In this document: piece after piece, positions 51,453 through 62,078 of the stretch | How positions within the stretch are numbered: the stretch's first letter is position 1 | Layout of the letters: the number at the start of each line of letters is the position of its first letter | Assembly: GCA_964484135.1 (NCBI GenBank) | Contig: CAZAEL010000004.1 | Location: 19,164 to 83,163 of the forward strand | DNA length: 64,000 nucleotides | From: an uncultured Elusimicrobia bacterium | Lineage (GTDB): Bacteria > Elusimicrobiota > Elusimicrobia > FEN-1173 | Direction of reading: 5' to 3' | The notes under the pieces: model-generated | What the model was told of the DNA's origin: nothing | Databases searched by the model: none | What the model saw: only the letters and a program-made list of their open reading frames with translations | Program-made: the position numbers and the translations under genes

Positions 51453-52211
51453 TCAGGCCGGGAGCTCGCGGGTCAGCCGGTTGAACTCCTCCAGGTCCAG
51501 GGTCTCGGCCCGGCGCTCCGGCCGGATTCCGGCCTTCTCGAGGGAAGCCAGCGCCACGGGTTTGTCCAAAGAAAGTCCGTGGGAAAGGGCGTTCAGGAGG
51601 GTCTTGCGCCTTTGGGAAAAGGCGGCGTGCACAACGTCGAAAAACCGCTTTTCGTCCTCAATCCGCGATCGGGACCGCCGCCTGAGCCGCACGACCGTGG
51701 AGAAAACCTTGGGGGCCGGGCGAAAACACCCCGGCGGCACGTCGAACAGCGCCTCCGCCTCGGCCTTGCCCTGCACCGCCAGGGTCAAAATCCCGTAATC
51801 CTTCCGGTCCGGCCTGGCCGTCATGCGGTTGGCCACTTCCTTCTGCACCATGACGACCGCGGTGGACCAGGCGGTCCAATCCAGCATCTTGCGCAAGATG
51901 GCGTTGCCCGCGGAATAGGGCAGATTTCCTATGAATTGACAGGAATTCTCCGGCCAATCCGGCAACGGCCATTTCAAAAAATCCTCCGCCGCCACATCCA
52001 GCGACGGCCAACGGGCTTTGAGCCCCGCGGCCAATCGCTCGTCCAGCTCCACCACGGTCACTTGAGACGTCTTCTCCAAAAGGAATTGGGTGAGGACCCC
52101 CCGTCCGGGGCCGACCTCCAACACGCGGGAACAGGACATGTCCAAAGAGTTGACGATGCGTCCGGCCACGGCTTTGTCAACGAGAAAATTTTGCCCCCAC
52201 TTTTGACGCAT
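51453..52211 (-). CDS. rsmA: 16S rRNA dimethyladenosine transferase
   Basis: KWGQNFL, VLEVGPGRG.LT, GNLPY, MVQKEVA.R and F.PAPKV.S motifs. Confidence 0.96.
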   Translation of the reverse strand: MRQKWGQNFLVDKAVAGRIVNSLDMSCSRVLEVGPGRGVLTQFLLEKTSQVTVVELDERLAAGLKARWPSLDVAAEDFLKWPLPDWPENSCQFIGNLPYSAGNAILRKMLDWTAWSTAVVMVQKEVANRMTARPDRKDYGILTLAVQGKAEAEALFDVPPGCFRPAPKVFSTVVRLRRRSRSRIEDEKRFFDVVHAAFSQRRKTLLNALSHGLSLDKPVALASLEKAGIRPERRAETLDLEEFNRLTRELPA

Positions 52212-52212
52212 G

Positions 52213-53475
52213 TCAACGAACGGACAGAAGCCTCAGCCGCAACGCCTCCAACGCCTCCAGCGCCGCCCTCTCCCGTATTCGCTGCCGGTCGCCGAAGAAC
52301 AGATGTTCCCGGCATGAGGTCCGCCCCCGATGGGAAAGGGCGATATAGACCAGGCCCACGGGTTTTTTCTCGCCGCCGCCTCCGGGGCCCGCGATGCCCG
52401 TGACGGACACCGCCCAATCGGCGCCGGACCGCCGCCGGGCCCCACGGGCCATCTCCACGGCGCATTCCCGCGACACCGCGCCCCTCCTCGCCAGGGTGGC
52501 CGGCTTGACGCCCAGGACACGCCGTTTGCTCTCATTGGAATAGGTCACGACCCCCTGGAGAAAATAGTCGGAGCTTCCCGGCACGCGGGTGATTTTTTCC
52601 GCCAGGAGCCCGCCGGTGCAGGACTCGGCCGCGGCCAGCGTTTCCTTCCGCCGCCTGAGGAGCCGCCCCACCGCCTCCTCCAGGGTCTCCTGCCCTTCCC
52701 CGTAGACGGCCCGGCCGAAACGCCGCCGGATCTTGAGCTCGATCCGTCGAAGGCGGTTTTCCACCTCGTCAAAGGATGGGGCGGACACCGTCGCCTTGAT
52801 GTCGATGATGAAAGATTGCGCCAAAATGCCCCAGACCACGCGGACCGGGTCCCGGCTTTTCTCGCTTGCCACGATGGGGCGCAGTTTTTCGTCCACCGCG
52901 GATTCGGGGATTCCGTAAATACGCCAGATTTTCGTTTGCCGGGCGACCCCCGGAAATTTCCTCCGGAGGATGGCCGAAAAATCTCCGTCAAAAAGCGGAA
53001 AAAGCTCCCTGCCGGGCCCCGGGAACAGCCCGAGGACCTTCCCGCCGGTTTCCAGCACTTGCCCGGGGGCGGTGCCGTTGGGGTTGTCCAGGACGCGGGC
53101 CCCGGAAAGAAGGTAGGCCTGGCGCCGGTTGTCCGGGGGCATGCGGAGCCCCCGGGCCCGGAACTTGGCCGCGATGCCGCGGGCCAGAGACGGCACGTAA
53201 CGCAGCGGACGGCGGAGCGCCTTGGACCAGGCCTCCCGGGTGATGTCGTCGAAGGTGGGGCCGAGACCGCCGGCGCAAAGGACGGCGTCGGAGCGGCGCC
53301 AAGCCTCCCGGAACGCGCGGACCATCTCGTCCGGGTCGTCCCCCACCGTGGTTTCGCGGCGGAGGGCCAGGCCCAGCCGTTCCAGCCTGGGGGCCAGGGC
53401 GGCCGCGTGAGTGTTGACCTTCCCCATGAGCAGCTCGCTGCCCACGCAGATCAACTCCACGCGCGGCGTTTTCAT
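52213..53475 (-). CDS. cinA: Competence/damage-inducible protein CinA (MoCF-biosynth plus NMN deamidase domains)
   Basis: ICVGSELL.G, VGDD, GGLGPTFDDITRE, AESCTGG, GAVS.ECA.EMA and TGIAGPGGG motifs; start MKTPR 53475. Confidence 0.92.
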   Translation of the reverse strand: MKTPRVELICVGSELLMGKVNTHAAALAPRLERLGLALRRETTVGDDPDEMVRAFREAWRRSDAVLCAGGLGPTFDDITREAWSKALRRPLRYVPSLARGIAAKFRARGLRMPPDNRRQAYLLSGARVLDNPNGTAPGQVLETGGKVLGLFPGPGRELFPLFDGDFSAILRRKFPGVARQTKIWRIYGIPESAVDEKLRPIVASEKSRDPVRVVWGILAQSFIIDIKATVSAPSFDEVENRLRRIELKIRRRFGRAVYGEGQETLEEAVGRLLRRRKETLAAAESCTGGLLAEKITRVPGSSDYFLQGVVTYSNESKRRVLGVKPATLARRGAVSRECAVEMARGARRRSGADWAVSVTGIAGPGGGGEKKPVGLVYIALSHRGRTSCREHLFFGDRQRIRERAALEALEALRLRLLSVR

Positions 53476-53515
53476 GGACGGACGTTCCTGTCGCGGCGTT
53501 TTTTGGCGGCCCGGA

Positions 53516-53827
53516 TCAGTGGTAGAACCCGACCCTGGGTTCGGCGGCGGGGCCGGGCGCGGCCTTGATGGGGCCGAAGCGGGCCTCATACCGGGCCACG
53601 TTTTCCTGCAGGGCCAGGAGAAGGCGCTTCATGTGCACGGGGCTCGTGAGCACGCGGGACCGCACCTTGGCCTTGGGCGGTTGCGGGGAATGGAAGATGA
53701 AATCCAGGACGAATTCCGTCTCTGAATGGCTGATCAAAGCCAGATTGGCGTACACGCCGCTGGCCGTGGCGTCGTCGATCTCGATGGAAAGCTCCGGAAG
53801 CGCCCCGGCCCCTTTTTCATCGCTCAT
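53516..53827 (-). CDS. DUF3467 family protein
   Basis: GVYANLALISHSETEFVLDF...RVLTSP.H.KRLL.AL.EN...YE.RFG pattern. Confidence 0.85.
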   Translation of the reverse strand: MSDEKGAGALPELSIEIDDATASGVYANLALISHSETEFVLDFIFHSPQPPKAKVRSRVLTSPVHMKRLLLALQENVARYEARFGPIKAAPGPAAEPRVGFYH

Positions 53828-53865
53828 GGGTTCACCTCTCTTTCAAAAAATCCGCGCGGGCCCCG

Positions 53866-55206
53866 TCAAACCGTTCCCGTCTCCCTCTTCACGGCGCCCG
53901 CCAAAAGGATCAGCCCGATGAGGTTGGGGAGGGCCATGAGGCCGTTCATCACGTCCGCGAAGGCCCAGACCGTGGTGAGGTGCGTCACGGAACCCACGAA
54001 CACCAGCGCGCAGTAGACCAGCCGGTAGGGGAACAGCGCCCGAAACCCCAGGAGATAGAGGACCGACCTTTCCCCGTAATAGGCCCAGCCCACCAGGGTG
54101 GAGTAGGCGAAGAGCACGACCCCGACGGTGACGATCCATTTGCCCCAGGCCCCCGGCAAAGCCGCGGAAAAGGCCGCGGTGGTGAGGGGCGCGCCCGTGA
54201 GCATCCCGCCGTCCGGCCCCGCCTGTGACCAGGCCCCGGTGACCACGATGACCAAACCCGTGACCGAACAAACGACCAGCGTGTCAAGAAACGTCTGGGT
54301 CATGGACACCAGCGCCTGGACGGAAGGGTGGGAGCTCTTGGCCGCGGCCGCGGCGAACCCGCCCGTGCCGAGGCCCGATTCGTTGGAAAAGACCCCCCTC
54401 GCCACGCCGTACCGCATGGCCATCATGACCGTGGACCCCGCGAAACCGCCCGCCGCGGCGGTCCCCGTAAAGGCGTCCGTTATAATGAGAGCCAGGGCGC
54501 CGGGAATCTGGTCCGCCCTCGCGATCAGGACCGCCAGCCCTCCCAGCAGGTAGACCGCCGCCATGACCGGGACCATGATGGTCGATGCCAAAGCAATGGA
54601 CCGAATGCCTCCAAGGACCACCAGAGCCGTGCCTATCATCAGCACGAGACCGGTGGTCCAGGCGGGGATTTGAAAAGCGTCGCGCAAAGCGTCGGCCACG
54701 GAGTTGGCTTGCACCATGTCCCCGATCCCGAAGGCCGCGACGGCGGCGAAGACGGCGAAAAGGACGCCCAGCCATTTTTGGCCCAAACCCCGCGACAAAT
54801 AGAGCATGGGGCCGCCGGTCTTGGTGCCGTCCGGCTCCGTGACGCGGTATTTCACCCCCAGGAAGGCTTCGGCGTATTTGGTCGCCATGCCCACCAACCC
54901 CGTCACCCACATCCAGAACAGGGCGCCGGGCCCTCCGAGGGCGATGGCCGTGGCCACGCCCGCGATGTTCCCGATGCCGACGGTGGCGGCCAGGGCGGTC
55001 ATGAGGGCCTGGAAATGGCTGACGTCCCCCTCCGCGCCCGGCTCGTGCCGGCGGATGAACGCCAGGTGCAGGGCATGGGGCAGAAGCCGGAACTGGATGC
55101 CTCTCAGGAGAACGGTCAAAAATATTCCGGTCCCGACCAGGAGAACCAGCATCGGCGGGCCCCAGACCCAGGAGCCCAATTTCTCCAGAACAAAAGGCAG
55201 GTTCAT
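53866..55206 (-). CDS. Alanine/glycine:cation symporter (AlsT/AgcS)
   Basis: [15 protein letters not shown]...[22 protein letters not shown] and MALPNLI motifs; start MNLPF 55206. Confidence 0.93.
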   Translation of the reverse strand: MNLPFVLEKLGSWVWGPPMLVLLVGTGIFLTVLLRGIQFRLLPHALHLAFIRRHEPGAEGDVSHFQALMTALAATVGIGNIAGVATAIALGGPGALFWMWVTGLVGMATKYAEAFLGVKYRVTEPDGTKTGGPMLYLSRGLGQKWLGVLFAVFAAVAAFGIGDMVQANSVADALRDAFQIPAWTTGLVLMIGTALVVLGGIRSIALASTIMVPVMAAVYLLGGLAVLIARADQIPGALALIITDAFTGTAAAGGFAGSTVMMAMRYGVARGVFSNESGLGTGGFAAAAAKSSHPSVQALVSMTQTFLDTLVVCSVTGLVIVVTGAWSQAGPDGGMLTGAPLTTAAFSAALPGAWGKWIVTVGVVLFAYSTLVGWAYYGERSVLYLLGFRALFPYRLVYCALVFVGSVTHLTTVWAFADVMNGLMALPNLIGLILLAGAVKRETGTV

Positions 55207-56585
55207 TCCACTTTCATGACGCCGGCGGAAACAATGAAGACCACGGCCATGGCGATGGGCGTCAGGTAGCGGACGGAGAATTTCCAGTATTTCAGCCATC
55301 GGCGCTCGTGCACGTGGATTTCCTCGGACCCGGCGGCGATCTCGTGGAAGGACTCTCGGGCGCCCCAGACCCATCCCACGAACACGCAGACCAGGAGACC
55401 GCCCAAGGGGAGGAGCACGTTGGCCGCGAAGTAGTCCAGCGTGTCGAAGAAATTGCGTCCGAAGATCTTGTACTCCGACAGGACCCCGAAAGACAGGGCG
55501 CAAGGGATCCCCAAAAGGAAGATCAGGACGCCCGCCCAGATGGCTGTTTTCTTCCGGTCGTACCCTTTTTCATCCACCAGGTAGGCCGTCACCACCTCCA
55601 GGAGGGACAGCCCCGAAGCCAGGGCCGCGATCACGAGCAGGAAGAAGAAAAGGGTGCTCCAGAGGTATGTGCCGCCCGGCATCTTGTTGAACACGGCCGG
55701 GAGCACCTTGAAGATGAGCCCCGGACCGCCGGCGGGGTCCGCCCCCATGGCGAACACCACGGGGAAGATGGCCAGGCCGGCCATCATGGAGACGGCGGTG
55801 TCCAGGAAGATGATCCACAGGGTGGCGCTCCACAGGTCCGTCTTGCGGTCCACGTAGGATCCGTACGTGATCATGGCGCCCATGCCCAGGGAGAGGGTGA
55901 AGAACCCGTGGCCGATGGCGATGAGCCAGGCCTTGGCGGAAAGCTTGGAGAAATCCGGTTTGAGGAAGAAATCCACCCCGGCGCCGGCCCCCGGCAGGGT
56001 CAGGGCGCGCAGGATCATGGCGATCAGGATGACGAAGAGGGCCGGCATGAGGACGTCGTTCACGCGCTCGATGCCCTTGCGCACGCCGCCGTACACCACG
56101 GCCACGCACAGGGCCATGAACACCGCGTGGAAAAACAGCGGCCAAAGGGGATGCCCCGTGAAAGCCAGGAAATCCTGCCAGGCCGAATCGGGCGTGGCGA
56201 ACCTCGCGATTTGCCCGGACAGGCTCTTGAGGGTGTAGGCGATGGTCCATCCCCCCACCACGCTGTAGTAGGCCAGGATGATGAAGCCGGAGGCCACGCC
56301 CATGAAACCCACCAGTTTCCAAAACCGGCTGCCGCCGGAGAGCGTTGCGTAGGCCCCCACCGGGTCCCGCTGGGTCCGCCGGCCCAGGGCGAACTCGCAG
56401 AGCATGACGGGAATGCCGATGAAGGCGATGCACACGAGGTACACGATGACGAAAGCCCCGCCGCCGTATTCGCCGGTGATGTAGGGAAAGCGCCAGATGC
56501 TTCCCAGACCGATGGCGGAGCCCGCCGAGGCCAGGATGAAACCGATCTGTGAGGCCCAATGCTCGCGCTTTTTCTGGTCCGTCAT
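55203..56585 (-). CDS. Sodium-dependent NSS/SNF family transporter
   Basis: [21 protein letters not shown]...GGGAF and [17 protein letters not shown] motifs. Confidence 0.94.
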   Translation of the reverse strand: MTDQKKREHWASQIGFILASAGSAIGLGSIWRFPYITGEYGGGAFVIVYLVCIAFIGIPVMLCEFALGRRTQRDPVGAYATLSGGSRFWKLVGFMGVASGFIILAYYSVVGGWTIAYTLKSLSGQIARFATPDSAWQDFLAFTGHPLWPLFFHAVFMALCVAVVYGGVRKGIERVNDVLMPALFVILIAMILRALTLPGAGAGVDFFLKPDFSKLSAKAWLIAIGHGFFTLSLGMGAMITYGSYVDRKTDLWSATLWIIFLDTAVSMMAGLAIFPVVFAMGADPAGGPGLIFKVLPAVFNKMPGGTYLWSTLFFFLLVIAALASGLSLLEVVTAYLVDEKGYDRKKTAIWAGVLIFLLGIPCALSFGVLSEYKIFGRNFFDTLDYFAANVLLPLGGLLVCVFVGWVWGARESFHEIAAGSEEIHVHERRWLKYWKFSVRYLTPIAMAVVFIVSAGVMKVE

Positions 56586-56609
56586 GGTTTCATTCTCTCC
56601 CTTGAACCT

Positions 56610-57144
56610 TTATTGCGGCTGACCTATCCACGGGGCGGGGTCCACGGGGCGGAGGTCCGGCCGCAGGATCTCGAAATGGAGATGGGGGCCGGTGGCCCGC
56701 CCGGTGGCCCCCACCAACCCGATCAAATCCCCCGCCTGAAGAAGCTGGCCCGCCTGCACGTGGATGCGTCTCAAATGGGCGTAGCGCGTTTTCCAGCCGT
56801 CCGCGTGGCGCATCAAAACCGAAAGCCCGTAGGGACCGTCGCGCCCGGCGGATTCCACCACCCCTTCCCGGGCCGCGCGGACGAAACCGTCGGTCCGGTC
56901 CCGCGACCGCAGGTCAAGTCCGGTGTGGACGCGGCCCCGCCGGCGGCCGAAGCCGGACAGCACCCGCGGGTTCCGCACCGGCGTCTCGTACAGACCGGGC
57001 GCGACCGCGGCGGGCGGCTCCATCGGCTCCAAAGGCGGGGCCGGCGCGCGCCTGACCGGGCCCAGGCATCCGCCAAGACAGGCGGCCAAGGCCAGCCAAA
57101 ACAGCCGGCGGCCTTTAGCGATCGAAAAAGCCGCCGCCTTTCAT
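56610..57144 (-). CDS. M23 family peptidase lipoprotein, 5' end apparently frameshifted
   Basis: HTGLD, Y.HL and ATGPHLHFE motifs (in-frame part 56610-57089). The lipoprotein signal KGRRLFWLALAACLGGC has no in-frame ATG; the ATG at 57144 is 1 nt out of frame across a T5 run. Confidence 0.75.
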
Positions 57145-57503
57145 GCGGGCGGGGAAGGCCGGGAAGACCGAAGCTGGAAGAGCCCCGCCATGCCCAGGGC
57201 GCCGTACATCAGCAGGGCCCGCCCGTACAGGAGCCATTGCGTGTTGGGGACGACCCGCGCCCGGATCACGAAGGCGCCCAACACCATCAAAAGGCAAAGG
57301 AACGCCAGGGTGAAAACGCTCCACCCCAGCACCCGGGACCGGAGCCACCGGTTGACGAAACAGAGGGCCAGGAGGCCCGTCGGAAGGAAAACGGGATAGC
57401 GGGACCAGCCCACGTCGGACCAGCCCTGGACGACCCCCTGCGCCACGATGCCCAGCACGTGCAGCGCCAGGGCCAAGGCCAGCAGGAGGGCCTCGCCGTT
57501 CAT
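57141..57503 (-). CDS. Small hypothetical membrane protein (about 4 TM)
   Basis: Hydrophobic ORF from MNGEALL; sits between thrC and the M23 gene. Confidence 0.6.
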   Translation of the reverse strand: MNGEALLLALALALHVLGIVAQGVVQGWSDVGWSRYPVFLPTGLLALCFVNRWLRSRVLGWSVFTLAFLCLLMVLGAFVIRARVVPNTQWLLYGRALLMYGALGMAGLFQLRSSRPSPPA

Positions 57504-57576
57504 TCTTGATCTCGCTTCGGGAGACGCGGGGGAGGAAGGGTTCAAACGGAAAGGGAGCGCCGAGATCGCCAAGCTT

Positions 57577-58641
57577 TTAGATTTTCAGTTCCTTCATGAT
57601 CGCCTCCACCGTGGGCTTCACGGAGCGGGGGCGCGCCGCCACGGCCAGGGCCCGGTCCGGGTCCTTCAGGCCGTGGCCGGTGAGGATGCAGACCACGGCC
57701 GCGTCGGACCGGGCGAAGTCCGCGTTCCGGGCGGCGAACTTCTTCAAACCGGCCGCCCCCGCGGCGCTGGCCGGCTCGCAGTACACGCCCTCCAGCGCGG
57801 CCAGGGCCTTGTACGCCTCCAGGATCTCGTCGTCCGTCACGGCGTCGATGACGCCCCCGGATTCGTCCCGGGCCGCCGCCGCCTGCTTCCAGGAGGCCGG
57901 GTTGCCGATGCGGATGGCCGTGGCGATGGTCTTGGGGTCCTTCACGGGCTCGCCGCGGACGATGGGCGCGGCGCCCTCCGCCTGAAAACCCATCATCCTG
58001 GGACGCCGCGTCGCGCGCCGCCGCGCGTGGTATTCCCGGTAGCCGCGCCAGTACGCGGTGATGTTGCCGGCGTTGCCCACGGGCATGAATTGGTAGTCCG
58101 GGGCGTCGCCCAAATCGTCCACGATCTCAAAAGCGCCGGTCTTCTGCCCTTCGATGCGGTAGGGGTTGAGCGAGTTGACCAGGGTGATGTCGCTGGACTC
58201 GCTCACCCGGCGGACCATTTCGAGGGCGTCGTCGAAGTTCCCCTCCACGGAGAAGACGTCGGCGCCGTGGATCAGGGACTGGGACAGCTTGCCCAGGGCG
58301 ATGGCGCCCTCCGGGATCAGGACCACGCAGCGCAGGCCCGCCTGGGCCGCGTACGCGGCGGCGGAGGCCGACGTGTTTCCCGTGGAGGCGGAGATGACCG
58401 CCTTGGCCCCTTCCTCCACGGCCTTGGACAGCGCCAGGGTCATGCCCCGGTCTTTGAAGGAGCCCGTGGGGTTCATGCCCTCGTACTTCAGGAAGATCCG
58501 GAGGCCGGGGGCGCCGGCCCACCGGGCCAGCCGGCGCGCCGGGATCAGAGGGGTGTTCCCTTCCCGCAGGGTGACCACGGGCGTTTTGTCCGAAACGGGC
58601 AGGTGGTCCCGGTACCGGTCTATGAGCCCTTTGTACGGCAT
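57577..58641 (-). CDS. thrC: Threonine synthase
   Basis: TLREGNTPL, KYEGMNPTGSFKDRG, ASTGNTSAS, PVGNAGN and LTGHGLKDP motifs. Confidence 0.96.
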   Translation of the reverse strand: MPYKGLIDRYRDHLPVSDKTPVVTLREGNTPLIPARRLARWAGAPGLRIFLKYEGMNPTGSFKDRGMTLALSKAVEEGAKAVISASTGNTSASAAAYAAQAGLRCVVLIPEGAIALGKLSQSLIHGADVFSVEGNFDDALEMVRRVSESSDITLVNSLNPYRIEGQKTGAFEIVDDLGDAPDYQFMPVGNAGNITAYWRGYREYHARRRATRRPRMMGFQAEGAAPIVRGEPVKDPKTIATAIRIGNPASWKQAAAARDESGGVIDAVTDDEILEAYKALAALEGVYCEPASAAGAAGLKKFAARNADFARSDAAVVCILTGHGLKDPDRALAVAARPRSVKPTVEAIMKELKI

Positions 58642-58647
58642 GGCGGC

Positions 58648-59976
58648 CTACTTCAACTCCTCGATGCGGAGATGGACGGTGCGGCGCCGGACCGCGGACA
58701 AACGGTCGGCCTCCTGGAGGGCCGCCTGCACCGCGCCTTCGGGGGTGCGGTGGGTGACGATGACGATGGGGACGCCTCCCGCCCGGCGGGGCAGGGGGGC
58801 CGAGTCCGCGTTCTCCTGATACACCGAGGCGATGGACACCTGGTGCCTGCCCAGGATGCCGGCGATGTGGGCCAGCACGCCCGGCCGGTCCGCGGTGGTG
58901 AATCGGAGATAGTGCCGGCATTCCACGTCCTTCAAGGAGACGGGGCGCAGTTCCCGCCGGGGGTCGTGCGCCACGTAGGGGATCTCGCCCGCGGTGCCGT
59001 TGGCCACCTGGCGCGCCAGGTAGATCACGTCCGACACCACGGCGCTGGCCGCGGCCATCTGGCCCGCGCCCTTGCCGTAAAACATGACGTCCCCCACCGC
59101 GTCGCCGTGCACGAAAATGGCGTTGTACTCCATGTTCACGCTGGCGAAGGGATGCGACGCGGGGATGAGCGTGGGATGGACCCGCACGGACACGCTTTCG
59201 CCGTCCAGGGCCGCGATGCCCAAAAGTTTGGTCACCAGGCCCAGCCGCTGCTGGGCGAAACGCACGTCCCAAACGTCCAGGCCCGCGATGCCCTCCCGGC
59301 TCACGTGTTCCAGCTTCACCCAGGCGCCCGAGGCCAGGGAGGCCAGGATGGCGATCTTGTGGGCCGCGTCTATGCCCTCGATGTCGAAGGTGGGGTCCGC
59401 CTCGGCGAAGCCCGCGGCCTGGGCCTGCTCCAGGGCCGTCCCGAAATCGAGGCCTTCGCCCGTCATGCGGGTCAGGATGTAGTTGGTGGTGCCGTTCAAA
59501 ATCCCGTAGATTTTTTCGATGCGGTTGGCGGCCAGACCTTCGTTCAACCCCTGGATCACGGGGATGCCCCCGCCCACCGCCGCCTCGAAGTAAACGAGGG
59601 CGTGGCTCTCGCCGGCCGCGTACTGGACCTCGCCCCAATATTTGGCCAGCAGGGCCTTGTTGGCGGTGGCCACGTGTTTGCCCGCCTTGAGCGCCGCCAG
59701 GACCATGGTGCGGGCCGGCTCATATCCGCCCACCAGCTCCACCACCACGTCCACCGCCGGGTCCGCCATGACCTGCCGCCAGTCCTGCGTGAAGCGCGGG
59801 CGGTTGGCGCCGGGCGGCAGCCGCCGCCGGATCCGGTCGCACACCCAGGTGAGGCGGATCTGGGTGCCCGCCTTTTCCTCCAGGAGCGCCGCGTTCCGCT
59901 GCATGATCTTGACCACGCCCTGGCCCACCGTGCCGCAGCCGATGAGCCCCACGTTGACGGTCTTCTTCATGGTCAT
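58648..59976 (-). CDS. hom: Homoserine dehydrogenase with ACT domain
   Basis: GLIGCGTVG, VATANKA, FEAAVGGGIP, GILNGTTNYIL and EADP..D..G.DAAHK motifs; GGAGG RBS; ATGA overlap. Confidence 0.95.
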   Translation of the reverse strand: MTMKKTVNVGLIGCGTVGQGVVKIMQRNAALLEEKAGTQIRLTWVCDRIRRRLPPGANRPRFTQDWRQVMADPAVDVVVELVGGYEPARTMVLAALKAGKHVATANKALLAKYWGEVQYAAGESHALVYFEAAVGGGIPVIQGLNEGLAANRIEKIYGILNGTTNYILTRMTGEGLDFGTALEQAQAAGFAEADPTFDIEGIDAAHKIAILASLASGAWVKLEHVSREGIAGLDVWDVRFAQQRLGLVTKLLGIAALDGESVSVRVHPTLIPASHPFASVNMEYNAIFVHGDAVGDVMFYGKGAGQMAAASAVVSDVIYLARQVANGTAGEIPYVAHDPRRELRPVSLKDVECRHYLRFTTADRPGVLAHIAGILGRHQVSIASVYQENADSAPLPRRAGGVPIVIVTHRTPEGAVQAALQEADRLSAVRRRTVHLRIEELK

Positions 59977-61214
59977 GCCGTCCTCCCTTTGCCCGCCGCG
60001 GCCTCCCGCCGGGGCGCGGGCGCGGCGCCGGCCGCCTGCCGGAGGAATTTGCGGATCCTCAGGACGGCGTCGTAAAAACGGTTGTCGTGGGTCACCAGGG
60101 CCATGCGCACGTACCCCTCGCCGGCCTGGCCGAAGCCCACGCCCGGCGTCAGCACGATGCCGGTCTGCCGCACCAGGTCTTCGGCGAAGGCCAGGGACCC
60201 CTTTTTCCGGTAGGGCTCGGGCACCGGCGCCCACAGGTACATGGTGGCCTTGGGCGCGGGCACGGCCCAGCCGATCTTGTTCAGCTCCTTGACCACGTAG
60301 TCCCGCCGGCGGCGGTACACCTCCGCCATCTGCTTGACGCAGTCCTGGGGGCCCTCCAGGGCCGCCACGCCGGCCATCTGCAAAAAGGTCGGCACGCCGT
60401 AGTCCACGAAGGCCTTGAACTTCTCCAGCGGCGCCAGGAGCTCCCGCTTGCCGCAGGCCCAGCCCATGCGCCAGCCCGCCATGTTGTAGGTCTTGGAAAA
60501 GGAATGGAACTCCAGGGCCACGTCCCGCGCGCCGGGGATTTCCAGGAAGCTGGGGGCCACGTACCCGTCGAAGGTGATCTCGCAGTAGGGGTTGTCGTAC
60601 GCCACCAGGATGCCGTGCTTTTTGGCGAAACGCACCGTCTCCGTCAGGAAAGCCTTGTCCTCCACCACCGCGGCGGTGGGGTTGTTGGGGTAGTTCAGGA
60701 AAAGCAGCTTGGCCCGCTGCAAAACCTTCTTGGGGATGCGGCCGTAATCCGGCAGGTAGTTGTTCTCCGGGCCCAGGGGCAGGGTGTGGATGCGGCCGTT
60801 GGCCAGGATGACGCCGTTCAAATGCACGGGGTAGGCCGGCACCGGCACCAGGGCGAAGTCCCCCGGGTTCAAATAGGCGGCGCAGAGGTGCGCGATGCCT
60901 TCCTTGGACCCCACCAGCGCCAGCACCTCCCCGTCCGGGTTCAGGGGGACGCCGAAGCGGCGCTCCATGTATTTGGCCACGGCGCGGCGGAACCGGGGCA
61001 TGCCCTTGGCCTGGGGATACCGGTGGGTGCGCGGGTGGTTTTTGACCGTGTCCACCAGGCGCTCCACGATGTGCGGCGGCGTGGGCAGGTCCGGGTTCCC
61101 CATGCCCAGGTCGATCACGTCCAGCTTCTTGGCGTAGGCCTCCGCGGCCAGGGCCTTGATGCGGGTGAAGATGTAGGGCGGCAGGCGCTGCAGGTGCCGG
61201 GCGCATTCAATCAT
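59973..61214 (-). CDS. PLP-dependent aminotransferase class I/II (DapL/AlaC-like)
   Basis: IDLGMGNPD, GSKEG, NYPNNPT, DNPY and SFSKTYNMAGWR.G motifs. Confidence 0.9.
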   Translation of the reverse strand: MIECARHLQRLPPYIFTRIKALAAEAYAKKLDVIDLGMGNPDLPTPPHIVERLVDTVKNHPRTHRYPQAKGMPRFRRAVAKYMERRFGVPLNPDGEVLALVGSKEGIAHLCAAYLNPGDFALVPVPAYPVHLNGVILANGRIHTLPLGPENNYLPDYGRIPKKVLQRAKLLFLNYPNNPTAAVVEDKAFLTETVRFAKKHGILVAYDNPYCEITFDGYVAPSFLEIPGARDVALEFHSFSKTYNMAGWRMGWACGKRELLAPLEKFKAFVDYGVPTFLQMAGVAALEGPQDCVKQMAEVYRRRRDYVVKELNKIGWAVPAPKATMYLWAPVPEPYRKKGSLAFAEDLVRQTGIVLTPGVGFGQAGEGYVRMALVTHDNRFYDAVLRIRKFLRQAAGAAPAPRREAAAGKGRTA

Positions 61215-61324
61215 GGGATCCCTCAAAAGCGACAAAAAACATCGTTGATATGAAAAGGCGGAGACGACGACAGAGAAGGGAAGGTATTCCTTGTCAACAT
61301 ATCATCTATTCAACGCCTTTGGTT

Positions 61325-61618
61325 TTACTCGAAGTCGTCCGTGACGGGCTTCTCCACCCACTCGGGCAGCCGCCGGGCGAAGACCCGGGACGCCCAGCCC
61401 ACGGCCAGGCAGGCCAGGCCGTAGGCCAGCTCAAAGCCCGCGTACCGGAGCCACTGCTCCCGCGTCACGAACTCCCAGGGCCGGGACGAAAAAGAATTGG
61501 CCTCGGGCTGGCCGCCGAAACAGTCCCACAGCCCCTTGAGGAGCACCAGGCCCCCCCAGATAAAAAAAAACCAGCCCGCCAAGCGGGCCAATCCACGAAC
61601 CACCGTCTTCTGAGTCAT
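61325..61618 (-). CDS. Hypothetical membrane protein (2 TM)
   Basis: Two hydrophobic segments with a PEAN...PWEFV loop; fills the gap between HU and the aminotransferase. Confidence 0.7.
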   Translation of the reverse strand: MTQKTVVRGLARLAGWFFFIWGGLVLLKGLWDCFGGQPEANSFSSRPWEFVTREQWLRYAGFELAYGLACLAVGWASRVFARRLPEWVEKPVTDDFE

Positions 61619-61675
61619 GGGATGCCGCGGACCGGGCCTTCAGCGCCTCCCCGTGCCGCCCAAGCGCGCCGGGCC

Positions 61676-61951
61676 CTACCCCTTGATGAGCTTCTTGAGG
61701 GACAGGCTGGGTTTGAAGGAAATCTTGCGTCCGGCCGGGATGGCGATGACGTCTCCGGTCTTGGGGTTGCGCCCGGGGCGGGCCTTGCGGGCCTTCACCT
61801 TGAAGGTTCCCAACCCCGTGAGGGAAATCTTGTCCCCTCCCCGCACCGCCTCCCGGATGGCGCCCACCAACGCCTTCACGGCCCGGACGGACTGGGCCCG
61901 CTTGAGGTTGGCGTCTTTGCAAATCTTTTGGATCAGTTGGGATTTGTTCAC
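61676..61951 (-). CDS. HU family DNA-binding protein
   Basis: GGAGG plus GTG 61951; NKSQL...GLGTFKV..RKAR.GRNPKTG..I.IPA...F.PS. Confidence 0.93.
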   Translation of the reverse strand: MNKSQLIQKICKDANLKRAQSVRAVKALVGAIREAVRGGDKISLTGLGTFKVKARKARPGRNPKTGDVIAIPAGRKISFKPSLSLKKLIKG

Positions 61952-62047
61952 AGGAACCTCCTGCCCCAGGAACGAATTCCTCCGAAAACGCAAATCACTT
62001 TCGCATCTATTTTTAGCTTAGAAACGCGCTCTTGTCAAGGGAAATAG

Positions 62048-62078
62048 AAAAAAGGCGGGCCGTCCCCCGACGGGGCGG
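62048..62078 (-). terminator. Intrinsic terminator after LOG gene
   Basis: Minus strand CCGTC-GGGG-GACGG hairpin followed by a T6 run. Confidence 0.5.
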
